Shown: piece by piece, positions 1 to 9,496 of the stretch
Layout: each line of letters begins with the position of its first letter
How positions within the stretch are numbered: position 1 is the stretch's first letter
NCBI GenBank assembly: GCA_965226495.1
Contig: OZ245365.1
Location: forward strand, 1,152,001 to 1,216,000
Source of the DNA: Candidatus Marinacidobacterales bacterium
GTDB taxonomy: Bacteria; Acidobacteriota; Vicinamibacteria; Marinacidobacterales; DATDRI01
DNA length: 64,000 bases
Direction of reading: 5' to 3'
The notes under the pieces: model-generated
Told to the model about the DNA's origin: nothing
Database searches by the model: none
The model's input: the letters and a program-made list of their open reading frames with translations, nothing else
Position numbers and translations under genes: made by a program

Positions 1-1144
1 GGGTGGTATCGTCGAACTTCGTGTCGTAGTGAAGCAGGTTCCGGGCGCAGGTCGTCAGCAACGTTTCGTAGAGAGCAGCAGGGACGGCTGCATCCCGCGC
101 ACGCGACACGACCCATTCCAGGGTCTTGTTGACGGTCATGCCGTAAGGGGTAACGCCGTTCAAAATGCCGGTCCCGTGTTCTTCCGGATACAGCTCGATA
201 TGTTGCTCTAGCTTCTGAAACTCCGGAAGCAGGTCCTCACGAGTGGCATAGATAATCGAGCGAACGAGATTCCTCGTCAGGAAAGGAAGGACCTCTGGGC
301 CCAACCGCTCCGCCAAAGCCGCCACTTTGGAAACGTAGATCAGCGAATGCCCAAAGTCATTGAAGTGCGCCAGCGCGGCCCGTGTGAAGGCACGATCGAG
401 ATCGCGGAACTCGATTCCGCTCGACAGGGCGCCGTTTAGGTACCGGATGGCCTCCTCCTCTTTCTCTTGTTCGATCGCGGTGACAAAGCCTTCCTCCGAA
501 TAGGGCCGTTCCCCTGACGAATACGGGTAATCGCCTTGCCGGAGGCTGTCGTGGGCCATGTGATCGATGGCCTCCACGAGACACGTCAGCCGCTCTCCGG
601 TCTTGCCCTCCAACTCGTCGTAGAGATCGATCCAATCTGCGGTAGCGGCGTACGCGTGGGTCATTCCGAACTCGTACTTTTCATGGGACCACTCGATAGC
701 CTGTCGTACCGCGACTAGAGGGTCGACCCCGTGGAAATGAAGCTTGGCGATCTGTCGGCTGATCCGCCCGTAGTCTCGGTCGTCGAACGCGCCCTTGAGG
801 GCCCGAATGATGTCTCGCTCGATCACCGACTGGGGAGGGTCGGTCAGATCGATCCACACCTGTCCCTCTTCCAGCTTCGTGGGGTAGCTACGGACGTTAT
901 CCAGGCCGAGGAGGTTCTCCCCGGACTTCAGGTCGAACTTCCAGTTATGCCAGTTACAGGTCAGCACACAGTTCTCGTCGACCGCACCTTCCCGCAACGG
1001 GTAGCCCTCATGCGGACAGCGGTTATCGGTGGCGAAAATTTTGTCGTCAACCTCGAACACCGCGATCTGTTTCTTTCCGTCCCTGAGCAAAGAGGGGCCC
1101 TTCTGTCGAAGCTCGTCGATGGGCATCGCAACGGTCCAACTCAT
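1..1144 (-). CDS. Rieske [2Fe-2S] domain protein with long helical C-terminal region (runs off window edge)
   Basis: Absent from ORF track. Hand translation from ATG 1144 (RBS GAGGAG): MSWTVAMPIDELRQKG...DNRCPHEGYPL...TCNWHNWKFDL (CxH...CxxH Rieske ligands), later AHFNDFGHSLIY; no stop found in the stretch translated toward the edge. Confidence 0.85.
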   Translation of the reverse strand, partial: MSWTVAMPIDELRQKGPSLLRDGKKQIAVFEVDDKIFATDNRCPHEGYPLREGAVDENCVLTCNWHNWKFDLKSGENLLGLDNVRSYPTKLEEGQVWIDLTDPPQSVIERDIIRALKGAFDDRDYGRISRQIAKLHFHGVDPLVAVRQAIEWSHEKYEFGMTHAYAATADWIDLYDELEGKTGERLTCLVEAIDHMAHDSLRQGDYPYSSGERPYSEEGFVTAIEQEKEEEAIRYLNGALSSGIEFRDLDRAFTRAALAHFNDFGHSLIYVSKVAALAERLGPEVLPFLTRNLVRSIIYATREDLLPEFQKLEQHIELYPEEHGTGILNGVTPYGMTVNKTLEWVVSRARDAAVPAALYETLLTTCARNLLHYDTKFDDTT

Positions 1145-1319
1145 ATTGTCTCCTCGCAAGACTCCCTCTTCCTCAGGCATAGTTTAGTCGTGGCGCTTCG
1201 TTGTGTCCAAATGCGGGACGGGCTCTTGAGTAGACCTCCGTCTTCTCCCTAGACTAAAGCGAGCTTGGGCCCTTACCATGGCCCAGCACTCTTCAGGCGA
1301 AGGGTGCCTAGGAGGAGTA

Positions 1320-2402
1320 ATGACGCGACGGGGCCGGGGGATGACGATTTGCGGCTTGATAGGGATTCTGGCCGCCGCACTATTACTAGTTGACCAGGCG
1401 GCGGGGCAAACCGCCAGGTTTAAAGCCATTCTCGACGAGTATGCCGAGTTCGATGACGACGATTACGGGCTACTGCAGCGCGGAGGAGTGGTTGCCAAGA
1501 CGCTCCCTACCGACGAGAAACGGGAGGTCGTCGCTTTCACCGTCACTCGAGTCGCCATCCCTCCGGATTTCTACATGCGCCAATTCGAAGACATCGTCAA
1601 TTTCAAGAAGAGCGAAGCGGTTTCCGAAATCGGGGTCTTCAGCACGCCACCGCAGATCGAAGACCTGGCGGGGTTGACCTTTCCCCAGCAGGATCTCGAA
1701 GATCTCAAGAAGTGCAAGCCGGGCAATTGCAAAGTTAGGCTGTCCGACGAAGCTATGGAGCGCTTTCAAGGAAGCATCGACTGGTCGTCATCCGACGCCG
1801 ATGCGCGGGCGTTTCAGCTGGCGAAAGAGATGATGGTGGAGTACATCACGGCCTACCTCACCGGAGGCAACCAAGCCCTCGCGGAATACCACGACAAGAA
1901 GAGGGCGATACCTTTGAGGAAGGACTTCGAAGATATCCTCGACCAGTCGGCGCCGGTCGCCGCGGTAGCGCCTGAGCTTATTCAGTATCTGAGAGATTTT
2001 CCAAATGCCGAGCTCCCGGGCGCTAAGAATTTCGTCTATTGATCCAAGGAAAAGTTCGGATTGAAAGATGTTGTCAGCATCACGCACGTAACCATCTACC
2101 AGCGCACAATCGAGGGGCGGTTGCAAGCATTCATAGCGTCGAAGCAGGCGTACGCCAGTCACTACTTCGATTCGTCGCTCGGACTAACGGCCGCCGTGGA
2201 AGATGAGGATGCCGGGGGTGCGCCGACGAACTACCTCGTCTACTTGAACCGATCGCGGACCTTGGACCTCGCAGGGAGTTTTAGCGGGTTGCGGCGTCGA
2301 ATCGTTGAGGGCCGAACAAAAGATGGAATGGAGAAGAACATGGGGCTCATGAAGGCCCGCCTGAAGGCAGTGTACCAGGCGGAGGATTCCCCGTCACGGT
2401 AG
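1320..2402 (+). CDS. Secreted hypothetical protein interrupted by an in-frame TGA at 2040-2042 (probably Trp TGG>TGA)
   Basis: RBS GGAGG before ATG 1320; signal peptide; ORFs 1278-2042 and 2061-2402 are in the same frame: NFVY*SKEKFGLKDVVSITH...SKQAYASHYF. Confidence 0.65.
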
Positions 2403-2415
2403 GGAGCGTGGCTCA

Positions 2416-2826
2416 ATGAGTGATACAAGGGAAATTCAGGCTGAGTGGTTGGCAGACTCTCGCTTTCGGATCGAATCCAGCCTAGGTGTCGAGGCGGTTT
2501 TCGATGGTGACCGAGAGGCCGGCCTTTCCCCCATGGAAAACTTGCTCGGCTCTCTCGCGACTTGCATGGGGATCGACGTCGCGATGATTCTTGAAAAGAT
2601 GCGGGCAGATCTGCGGGGTCTGAAGATAAGCATACGCGGCGAGCGCAATCCGCAGCCGCCGAAATTTTATCGAAAGATAGACTTTGAGTTCACGGTAACC
2701 GGTAACATTCCACAAGAGAAGGTCGAACGAGCGATCAGCCTGTCATTCGACAAGTATTGCAGTGTCTTTCACACGCTTCGCAAGGATCTCGTGGTCGACC
2801 ACAGGGTGGTCATCCAAGGAGGATGA
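2416..2826 (+). CDS. OsmC/Ohr family protein
   Basis: SPMENLLGSLATCMGID...AISLSFDKYCSV two-Cys OsmC signature. Confidence 0.9.
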   Translation: MSDTREIQAEWLADSRFRIESSLGVEAVFDGDREAGLSPMENLLGSLATCMGIDVAMILEKMRADLRGLKISIRGERNPQPPKFYRKIDFEFTVTGNIPQEKVERAISLSFDKYCSVFHTLRKDLVVDHRVVIQGG

Positions 2827-2848
2827 CCGCCGTCACCGGCAGTTGGAA

Positions 2849-3274
2849 TCACGATAAAGATTTTTTCAATGCGTCGAGAAGGGCCATGTAGATCGGGTGG
2901 AGGAACTCCTCGGCGGCAGCATCGTTGCCGGTCCAGCTAGACGACCACTCGACGAAGGTCGCGTTGTCCGCGGTAGCGGGGGAGACTCGAATCACGCTAA
3001 TATACCCTTTGATCTCGTCCTGAGAGATGGGCGACGGCCCCTGGTCGATGCTGTAGCGGATCTTCCTGTCGATCTGGTTGACCTCGAGAAGGGTCTCGTG
3101 GAATGCATCGTTCAAGATGCGCTTGGCACCGGCCTGATTGCCTTGAGACTCTCCTACTTTCTCGCACTTGTCGATCACCCCGGCTGCCCAAGACATGTCA
3201 TGAAAGTCGGTCAGCTTCTCCCAAGCCTTCTCGACCGGTGCTTTGATGACGATGGATTGATAGGTCTTGCCCAT
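2849..3274 (-). CDS. SRPBCC (polyketide cyclase-like) family protein
   Basis: SIVIKAPVEKAW...DFH...GAKR...ETL...TFVEWSS pattern; RBS GGAG. Confidence 0.85.
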   Translation of the reverse strand: MGKTYQSIVIKAPVEKAWEKLTDFHDMSWAAGVIDKCEKVGESQGNQAGAKRILNDAFHETLLEVNQIDRKIRYSIDQGPSPISQDEIKGYISVIRVSPATADNATFVEWSSSWTGNDAAAEEFLHPIYMALLDALKKSLS

Positions 3275-3387
3275 ACCTAATATCTCCTTGTCTGGTCGTA
3301 TAGTTTTCTTTCTGTTCCGCTAGGCGATCTTAGCATCGCTGGATTTCGTTGGTGGATGCACCGTGGATTCGCTGTGCCTAACTCGAG

Positions 3388-4473
3388 CTAATCAGGCGGC
3401 GGCACATTTTCAACGTCGTGCTCCTGGACCCGGAAGACCCACGTTAGGGGGATCGAGTCTGGTCGATAGCAGATATTGTCGTCACAGGCTTGGTACTGAA
3501 ACGATCCTTCGAGGGTCAGAGTCTTGTCGTATAGGTGCTCGATGGCCTGATGAGGGCCGATGACCACGTCCCGCATGATGCGGAACCTGTCTTCGTAGAC
3601 CGGCACCGTCTCGTCGATGGCGGGGAGATGGAGCGTACGCGACTCCGGGTACTCCGGGTCAAAAGCCCACCATATCTCCGACTCCGGTATCTGCCACTCG
3701 ATGGGGATGTAGCCCTCGACGCCCGGCGCGTAGAGATGCATCTTAGGAGGGAGCTCGACGTCTAGTATGAGAGTCAAGCGATTTCCGGGTCGCACCACGT
3801 CGTCGCTTGCAGACGCCGTCAATTTCAACTGGTTGTTCGTTGCCTCGGTGGCGGTGTTCCCCGCGGGGTCTTCGAAATGACGCACCAGCACGTTGGACGC
3901 CGTATATCGCTCACGGTGGTCTATTTCGAAGAACTTAGCCTCGACGATCCCGTTTTCATCGATGATGAACATCCCGGGGAAGGGGAGGCCATAACTCTCG
4001 TGATCGGGAGCGTAGTTGGTATTCAATATCCCGAAGGCTCTGATGACTTCTGAGTCGGGATCGGACAGGAGGGGGTATGTGATTCCCTTGCGGTCGCCGA
4101 AGTGACGCAGGATCGCCACGCTATCGTACGTGAGCGCCGCGATGTTCAGGCCACGCTCGGCGAAGTCTTGCTTCTTCTCTTCCAGCTCCACGAGCTGGGT
4201 TTTGCAGTACGGTCACCAGTCGGCGGAGCGCACCACCAGGAAGACGAGGCCGGCGGGTCCCTTTAGGTTATCGAAGTTTCGAGTCTTGCGGCTCCGATCC
4301 ACAGCCTGGAAGTCGGGGATCTTGTCTCCAACCTCCGGACCCGTCGTGACCTCGCGGTCGTTCTTCGATAAAGGTATGAGCTCTGCCCGTCCCTGTCCCC
4401 AAGACAGAGGTGCGGTCGTCATTAACAACAGGGTCGCACCCGCCAGCCATCGGTCGAATCGCATCTCCAACAT
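3388..4473 (-). CDS. Exported AhpC/TSA-like redoxin selenoprotein (UxxC) fused to a DsbD N-terminal-like domain
   Basis: ORFs 4213-4473 and 3388-4191 join in frame through TGA 4213-4215: RSADW-U-PYCKTQLVEL; GPEVGDKIPDF, YPLLSD, PGMFIIDENG redoxin motifs; C-terminal MHLYAPG...YQACDDNICYRP; SECIS-like hairpin. Confidence 0.88.
4182..4198 (-). promoter_or_regulatory. Putative bacterial SECIS hairpin
   Basis: CCAGCTC-GTG-GAGCTGG perfect 7-bp stem; loop G lies 22 nt after the UGA. Confidence 0.75.
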
Positions 4474-4810
4474 CCCTTCGTCCTATATCGGATTTCGCTC
4501 CTTCCAACGCCAGACATTGTAAGAGTATAGCGCGGGGAGAGCGAACGGCTGAATCCAGGTGGACTGTCGATGAGTCGAAATCGACGTGGTATGGCAGGTA
4601 TACTAACTGGTCCCTCCCAATCTCCTCACAGGAGCACGGTGTCCCAAACTCGGCAACCTTGGCTATCTGGCCCCGTTCCTATTGTGGGGCTCGGGCGTAG
4701 CATACCTGGGCGTTTTCGCGCTCCTAGTGCTGACGGGGCCTTGGGTCCCTGGCACACTACCCGGGGGGACGATGATGTCGCTGGTCGTGCTCGTTTACGG
4801 CCGCTCCCGG

Positions 4811-6079
4811 CTAAGACTGAGATTCTCGCTCCGGGACGATCCACCTCCACTGCAACGCACCGAGAACCGCGACCAACGCACCTAGCGCCAGAGCCCACTG
4901 CCAGCCGAACACTGTGCCCACCCACGGCGTCACGACCGGTGCAGCCATCCCGCCCACATTCCCACCGGTGTTGAGTATTTCCTGCCGCAGTGGTTCCTTT
5001 CCGACCGCCGAGCTCGATAGCCGTGGTCCAAAAAGCCGCCTCCGCGGCGGTGACCGAGCCCAAGGCGAGACTGAACCAAAGGACGACCCAAATCGGGTCT
5101 TTTGCCAGGACGCCAACACCGAGCATGATCGCACCGGTGATCATTCCGGTGATGGGAACCGCGACCCGGCCTCGTCGGTGTCCCATGATCCGCTCGAGCC
5201 GATCGGTGATGAAACCACCCGACAACATTCCTGCTGCCATGGCGAGCCCGACGATGGTCGAGTAGAGCCGGCTCGTGTCGGATCCCAGGCCCAGTACGGA
5301 GCCGAAGTAATAGAGCATCCAGTAAAAGAACAGGTACTCGAAATAATTCACGGCGGCGTAAGAGAGCGTGAGCAGAGCGAGTCCTGGCTTTCGGATCAGC
5401 CGACTCCAGTCGGAACTCGTTTGGCCCCGTTCTGTCTTTTGCGTGGTTGCCGGTGATACGCGCCGCGCGGTAGGGGAATCTCCTGCCAGCGCAACCCAGA
5501 GTATTCCGAGACAAGCAGTCACTCCACCCGTAATCAAGAAGGCGGCGGGCCAATCCACCCAATCGATCAAAGCTCCGAAAACGTAGTACGTGCTCGCGAT
5601 GCCCAACGCCGCCGCGCTGACTGCCAAGCCATTCGCCGTGCCCCGTTGGCTCGTTGGGATCCAATTCGCAACCGTTCTGGCGCTCGACGGGTGAAGCGGC
5701 GCGTTCAAGCCACCCATGATGGAGCGAACGACTAGAAGCGAGATCCACATCTGACTGCCGGCCACGAGTCCCAATCCGAGCAATCCGGTCAGAGCTCCGA
5801 AAACGGCGGTGCCCAACGCCATCAGGCCGAGTGCCAACCAAACGCCGAATCTATCGGCGAAGATACCCGCTGGCGTCATGCACAGCGTGTAGGTGAATAG
5901 GAATGCGGAATAAACATACCCATTTGGGTAGGGGAGATGGCGAACTGATCCATGATCCGCTCGTCGCCGGCCACGGACATGCTCACTCGGTTGAGATGGC
6001 TGATGAAGGTGATCCCCATGAGCAGCGGGACGACGCGCCATCGGGTCCAGTCGTATTTCGTCGCGGCCATGGGCGGCAA
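4811..6079 (-). CDS. MFS transporter (anion:cation symporter-like), two frameshifts
   Basis: ISHLNRVSMSVA...GIFADRFG...NWIPTSQRGTANG...ILNTGGNVGG; frame changes at homopolymers near 5920 and 4980. Confidence 0.85.
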
Positions 6080-6147
6080 TCATAACCTCCGGCCGGGGAT
6101 TGACAAACCAGAGACGCCGACCAAGAATTGTCTCTTCTTCCTTTACT

Positions 6148-6180
6148 CCCTCTCCCTTTGGGGAGAGGAGGGCGTCAGGG
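6148..6180. repeat. REP-like palindromic element (CCCTCTCCC...GGGAGAGG), copy 1
   Basis: CCCTCTCCCTTTGGGGAGAGGAGGGCGTCAGGG; related elements at 29744 and 45519. Confidence 0.6.
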
Positions 6181-6196
6181 ACCTGTGGAGACTTCA

Positions 6197-6760
6197 ATGA
6201 CGACAGTAAGCTTCGCCAAGATGGAAGATTGCACCGCCGAGGACATTGCTCTGATCGAGGGGGTCGAGAGCAAATTCGCGGCGGGAGTCGCGGACCGGGT
6301 GCTCGCTCACCTGAAGAGCTTGGAAGCCGAGCCGACGCCTCTTCAGGTCGACCGCCTCGAGCACTCTTTACAGACGGCGACCCGGGCTCAGCAGGACGGA
6401 GCCAATGAGGAGACGGTGGTAGCGGCCCTCCTGCACGACATCGGCGACATGCTCGCACCGTACAACCATTGCGAGCTCGCGGCAGCAATACTGAGACCTT
6501 ACGTATCCGAGAAAACATACTGGATCGTCAAGCACCACGGCATCTTCCAGGCGTATTACTACGCTCATTTGGAGAGCGGCGACCGCAACGCCCGCGAGCG
6601 CTACCGCGATCATCCCCACTACCAGGCCGCAGTGGATTTTTGCCACAAGTGGGACATGCCTGCCTTCGATCCAGCGTACGAAAGCCTGCCGTTAACGTTC
6701 TTCGAGCCCATGGTTCGGCGGCTCTTCGCTAGCGAGCCTCTCATGTACGACCGCAAGTAA
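6197..6760 (+). CDS. HD-domain metalloprotein, PhnZ/TmpB-related
   Basis: VDRLEHSLQTATRA...AALLHDIGD...NH...KHHGIFQ...WD His/Asp ligand set. Confidence 0.85.
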   Translation: MTTVSFAKMEDCTAEDIALIEGVESKFAAGVADRVLAHLKSLEAEPTPLQVDRLEHSLQTATRAQQDGANEETVVAALLHDIGDMLAPYNHCELAAAILRPYVSEKTYWIVKHHGIFQAYYYAHLESGDRNARERYRDHPHYQAAVDFCHKWDMPAFDPAYESLPLTFFEPMVRRLFASEPLMYDRK

Positions 6761-6776
6761 ACGGAGGACGAGAGAA

Positions 6777-7313
6777 ATGGAGCGAGTAGTGCGCGTTCCT
6801 GTAAAGCGGTTGACGCCAGAGGCGGCCGAAGGTTTCGGCAAGGTCATCCGGAGTCTCGATGAGTTGGACCCCATCATTCGGAAGGGTGAGATGGTTAAGG
6901 AGCGGATGGAAGTGCGCCGCCAGGGAGACGAGCTTTACTTCAAGAACCACGCGGTGGATGACGAAGGGGTTGTCGCTAAGCTAGTGGACGGCGCAGCCCG
7001 CATCAGCTACGTCAATTTCCACGGGGACGCCACCCAGGCCTTTATCGGTGCCGATCGGAAACCGACCGTGTTCCTTCTGGCGAAACCCACCAAGAACCCG
7101 CGCCCAGAGGACTTCGTCGGGTTCTACTCCGATGGCTCGCTGGGGATGAGCATGTTCCCCGATGTTTGGCACACATCTCCTCTTCCAGTCGAGGGGAGTC
7201 AGGAGTACGAAAATACACAAGGGAACCAGTATCACCAGGCCACCGAGGGGCACGATTTTGGACCCGAAGGTGTCGTGCTCGAGGTCCCGCTCGAGGAGCC
7301 CCAGGAAGCGTAA
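6777..7313 (+). CDS. Ureidoglycolate lyase-like cupin protein
   Basis: LTPEAAEGFGKVI...NFHGDATQAF...PDVWHTSPLP resembles the AllA family. Confidence 0.6.
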   Translation: MERVVRVPVKRLTPEAAEGFGKVIRSLDELDPIIRKGEMVKERMEVRRQGDELYFKNHAVDDEGVVAKLVDGAARISYVNFHGDATQAFIGADRKPTVFLLAKPTKNPRPEDFVGFYSDGSLGMSMFPDVWHTSPLPVEGSQEYENTQGNQYHQATEGHDFGPEGVVLEVPLEEPQEA

Positions 7314-7340
7314 TACACTTGGGTCACAAGGAGATTGGAC

Positions 7341-8012
7341 ATGTCACAGAAGAAATCTTCCCTTCAAGACGTCAAACCCGAAAACAGCGCTCTTCTCGTC
7401 ATCGATATGAGCAGGGACTTTCTCGCTCCGGGGGCTCCCCTGGAGAATTCCGCCGGTCGTGAAATGGCGGATCACCTGTCGGAGTTGATGGATCGGTGCC
7501 GCGCGGTCGGCTTGCCGATCATTTACGTCAATCATGTCCATCATCCCGAAACACGAAACATTGGTACTCTGGCGGAGCGTTTCCCGAACATCGGTCAGGG
7601 CAAAGTACTCCGGGCCGGCAGTCGCGGTGTCGAAATGTGGGAGAAGATCGCTCCCAAGGAAGGCGACATCATCGTAGAGAAGATCCGGCAGTCGGGCTTC
7701 GTCTATACCGGCCTCGAGGCCACGTTGCGGGAGCTCGGTGTTCGCAACGTTATTGTGAGTGGCGTTTCGGTGGGAGCGTGCGTGGAGTGTACGGCTAGGG
7801 ATGCCGTGGCCCGCGACTTCCATACCATCATGTTGAGCGACGGCACTTCCGCGAACTCTCTGCCCGATCAAGGGTGGGGTGAGATCGATTTCGAGACGCT
7901 ACAGCGGGTGTTCCTCAGTAACTTCGCCTTCCACTTTGGCGGAGTGGCTTCCATTGACGAGCTGATGAACGGTCCACTTGCTGCGAGTGAGCCGGGGCGC
8001 CGGGCGGGCTAG
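7341..8012 (+). CDS. Isochorismatase-family cysteine hydrolase
   Basis: ALLVIDM, EKIRQSGF, GVSVGACVECTARDA (D-K-C triad). Confidence 0.9.
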   Translation: MSQKKSSLQDVKPENSALLVIDMSRDFLAPGAPLENSAGREMADHLSELMDRCRAVGLPIIYVNHVHHPETRNIGTLAERFPNIGQGKVLRAGSRGVEMWEKIAPKEGDIIVEKIRQSGFVYTGLEATLRELGVRNVIVSGVSVGACVECTARDAVARDFHTIMLSDGTSANSLPDQGWGEIDFETLQRVFLSNFAFHFGGVASIDELMNGPLAASEPGRRAG

Positions 8013-9445
8013 CGAGAATTCAAACGAGGTCTCAGAGGGTCACCCGCGACGTCGTCGCGGATCGTCTTCAGCTTGACCAATAGTTCGGACAGGACCTCGG
8101 GTCTTTCGGAAGCCACGTCGACAACTTCGAAACGGTTGTCGCCGAAGTCGTATAGTCGAACATCTTTGAGCGTTTCGTCGGACAGTAACTTCCAATTCCC
8201 GTCCCGCAAGGCGAAGTGGAAACCCTGGTCATCGTCGAATTCCCAATAGAGCGGCTGCTCTCGGGCGAATGGTTCGCCCCGGAGAACCGCTGAAAAATCC
8301 TCGCCATCGATGGGCCGGTCGTCGGGGACCGAAAACCGTGCGAGGGAAGCGAGTGTCGGCAGTAAGTCGTAACCGATGAGCGGTGCGTTGGACTCGGATC
8401 CCGGCGTCACATGTCCCGGCCATCGAACGATCGCCGGCACCCGGATGCCGCCCTCGTAAAGATCGGCTTTGCGTCCGCGGAACCCTCCTGTACTGCCGTA
8501 GAGGTTGATCTCCCACCAATGCCTCCAGTCGGTCGTGACCGGCCCGTTATCGCTCGCAAAGAACAAGAACGTGTTGTCCCGTAAACCGAGGCGGTCGATG
8601 CGACGCAGCAGCCGACCGATCTGGTAATCCATATAAGTAATGTTGGCGTAGTATTCGCCCGGACCGCGGGCAGCGAGATTGTGCGGGATATCGAGCGTAT
8701 TGGCGATGGGATCGGGCTGTCCGGAGGTGAGATCCGCATAGATCTGGTTCACCCAACTAGGGTTCGCGATCGTGGAATGTGGCTCGATCAACGGCAGGTA
8801 CATAAAAAATGGAGTATCCGCGGTCCGCTGGCCAAGCCACTCCATCGCCTCGTCAACGACGATCTGCGCGGTGAACCCTTGCATCGGACCGAGCGGCTCG
8901 CCGTTTCGATAGAAGTTTACGGGATTCTGATTGTGCGGAATTGGCCAGGCGTGGAGCGCGAGCCAGCGATCGAATCCGTGATCGCCGGGCTGCGTGTGGT
9001 CTTGGCGATCCAGACCGCCATTCAGATGCCACTTCCCGGCCATGAAGGTTTGATAGCCCTTTTCTTTGAGCAACGTGGCGATCGTGATCTCGCGAGGCCC
9101 GAGCTGCACATCCGTGTCGGGTGGAATCCAGCTTTCGATACCGGTCCGGTAGTGAGTCCTGCCGGTGAGTAGCGATGCGCGGGAGGGCGAGCAAAGAGGA
9201 GAGGGCGCGTAGTATGAAGTCAGGCGCATGCCGTCCTGAGCTAGCCGATCGAGTGTCGGGGTCCGGAGCGTGTGGTGACCGTAGCTTCCTAAGTCCCCGT
9301 AGCCGAGATCGTCGGCGTAGATGACGAGGATGTTGGGAGGGACTTGGTCGGGCTGCGGGGCCGCCGGCGCGGCAGAAAACGCGCCCCCCGCGAACGTTGC
9401 CGCTAGGAAGGTCGCGCCTATTCGAAGGGATCGATATTGGGCCAT
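8009..9445 (-). CDS. Exported arylsulfatase-family sulfatase
   Basis: PNILVIYADDLGYGD, CSPSR formylglycine motif, GKWH, SDNG, YEGGIRVP. Confidence 0.95.
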   Translation of the reverse strand: MAQYRSLRIGATFLAATFAGGAFSAAPAAPQPDQVPPNILVIYADDLGYGDLGSYGHHTLRTPTLDRLAQDGMRLTSYYAPSPLCSPSRASLLTGRTHYRTGIESWIPPDTDVQLGPREITIATLLKEKGYQTFMAGKWHLNGGLDRQDHTQPGDHGFDRWLALHAWPIPHNQNPVNFYRNGEPLGPMQGFTAQIVVDEAMEWLGQRTADTPFFMYLPLIEPHSTIANPSWVNQIYADLTSGQPDPIANTLDIPHNLAARGPGEYYANITYMDYQIGRLLRRIDRLGLRDNTFLFFASDNGPVTTDWRHWWEINLYGSTGGFRGRKADLYEGGIRVPAIVRWPGHVTPGSESNAPLIGYDLLPTLASLARFSVPDDRPIDGEDFSAVLRGEPFAREQPLYWEFDDDQGFHFALRDGNWKLLSDETLKDVRLYDFGDNRFEVVDVASERPEVLSELLVKLKTIRDDVAGDPLRPRLNSR

Positions 9446-9496
9446 CGGGGATATAGTTCATAGCATGATTCACTCAACACACCAAATCGGCCGGTC

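Noticed and set aside
2040-2042. Genome-wide UGA reassignment (code 4 or 25)
   Set aside because: Many genes clearly end in TGA, including ATGA overlaps at 24192, 38039 and 53620, and Trp is normally TGG
4600-4885. Small hydrophobic ORF on the plus strand
   Set aside because: No good start or RBS and it overlaps the MFS 3' end; at most a membrane-protein remnant
4626-6518. 630-aa ORF as a single protein
   Set aside because: Its N-terminus is antisense to the HD gene; only the middle is MFS sequence, split by frameshifts
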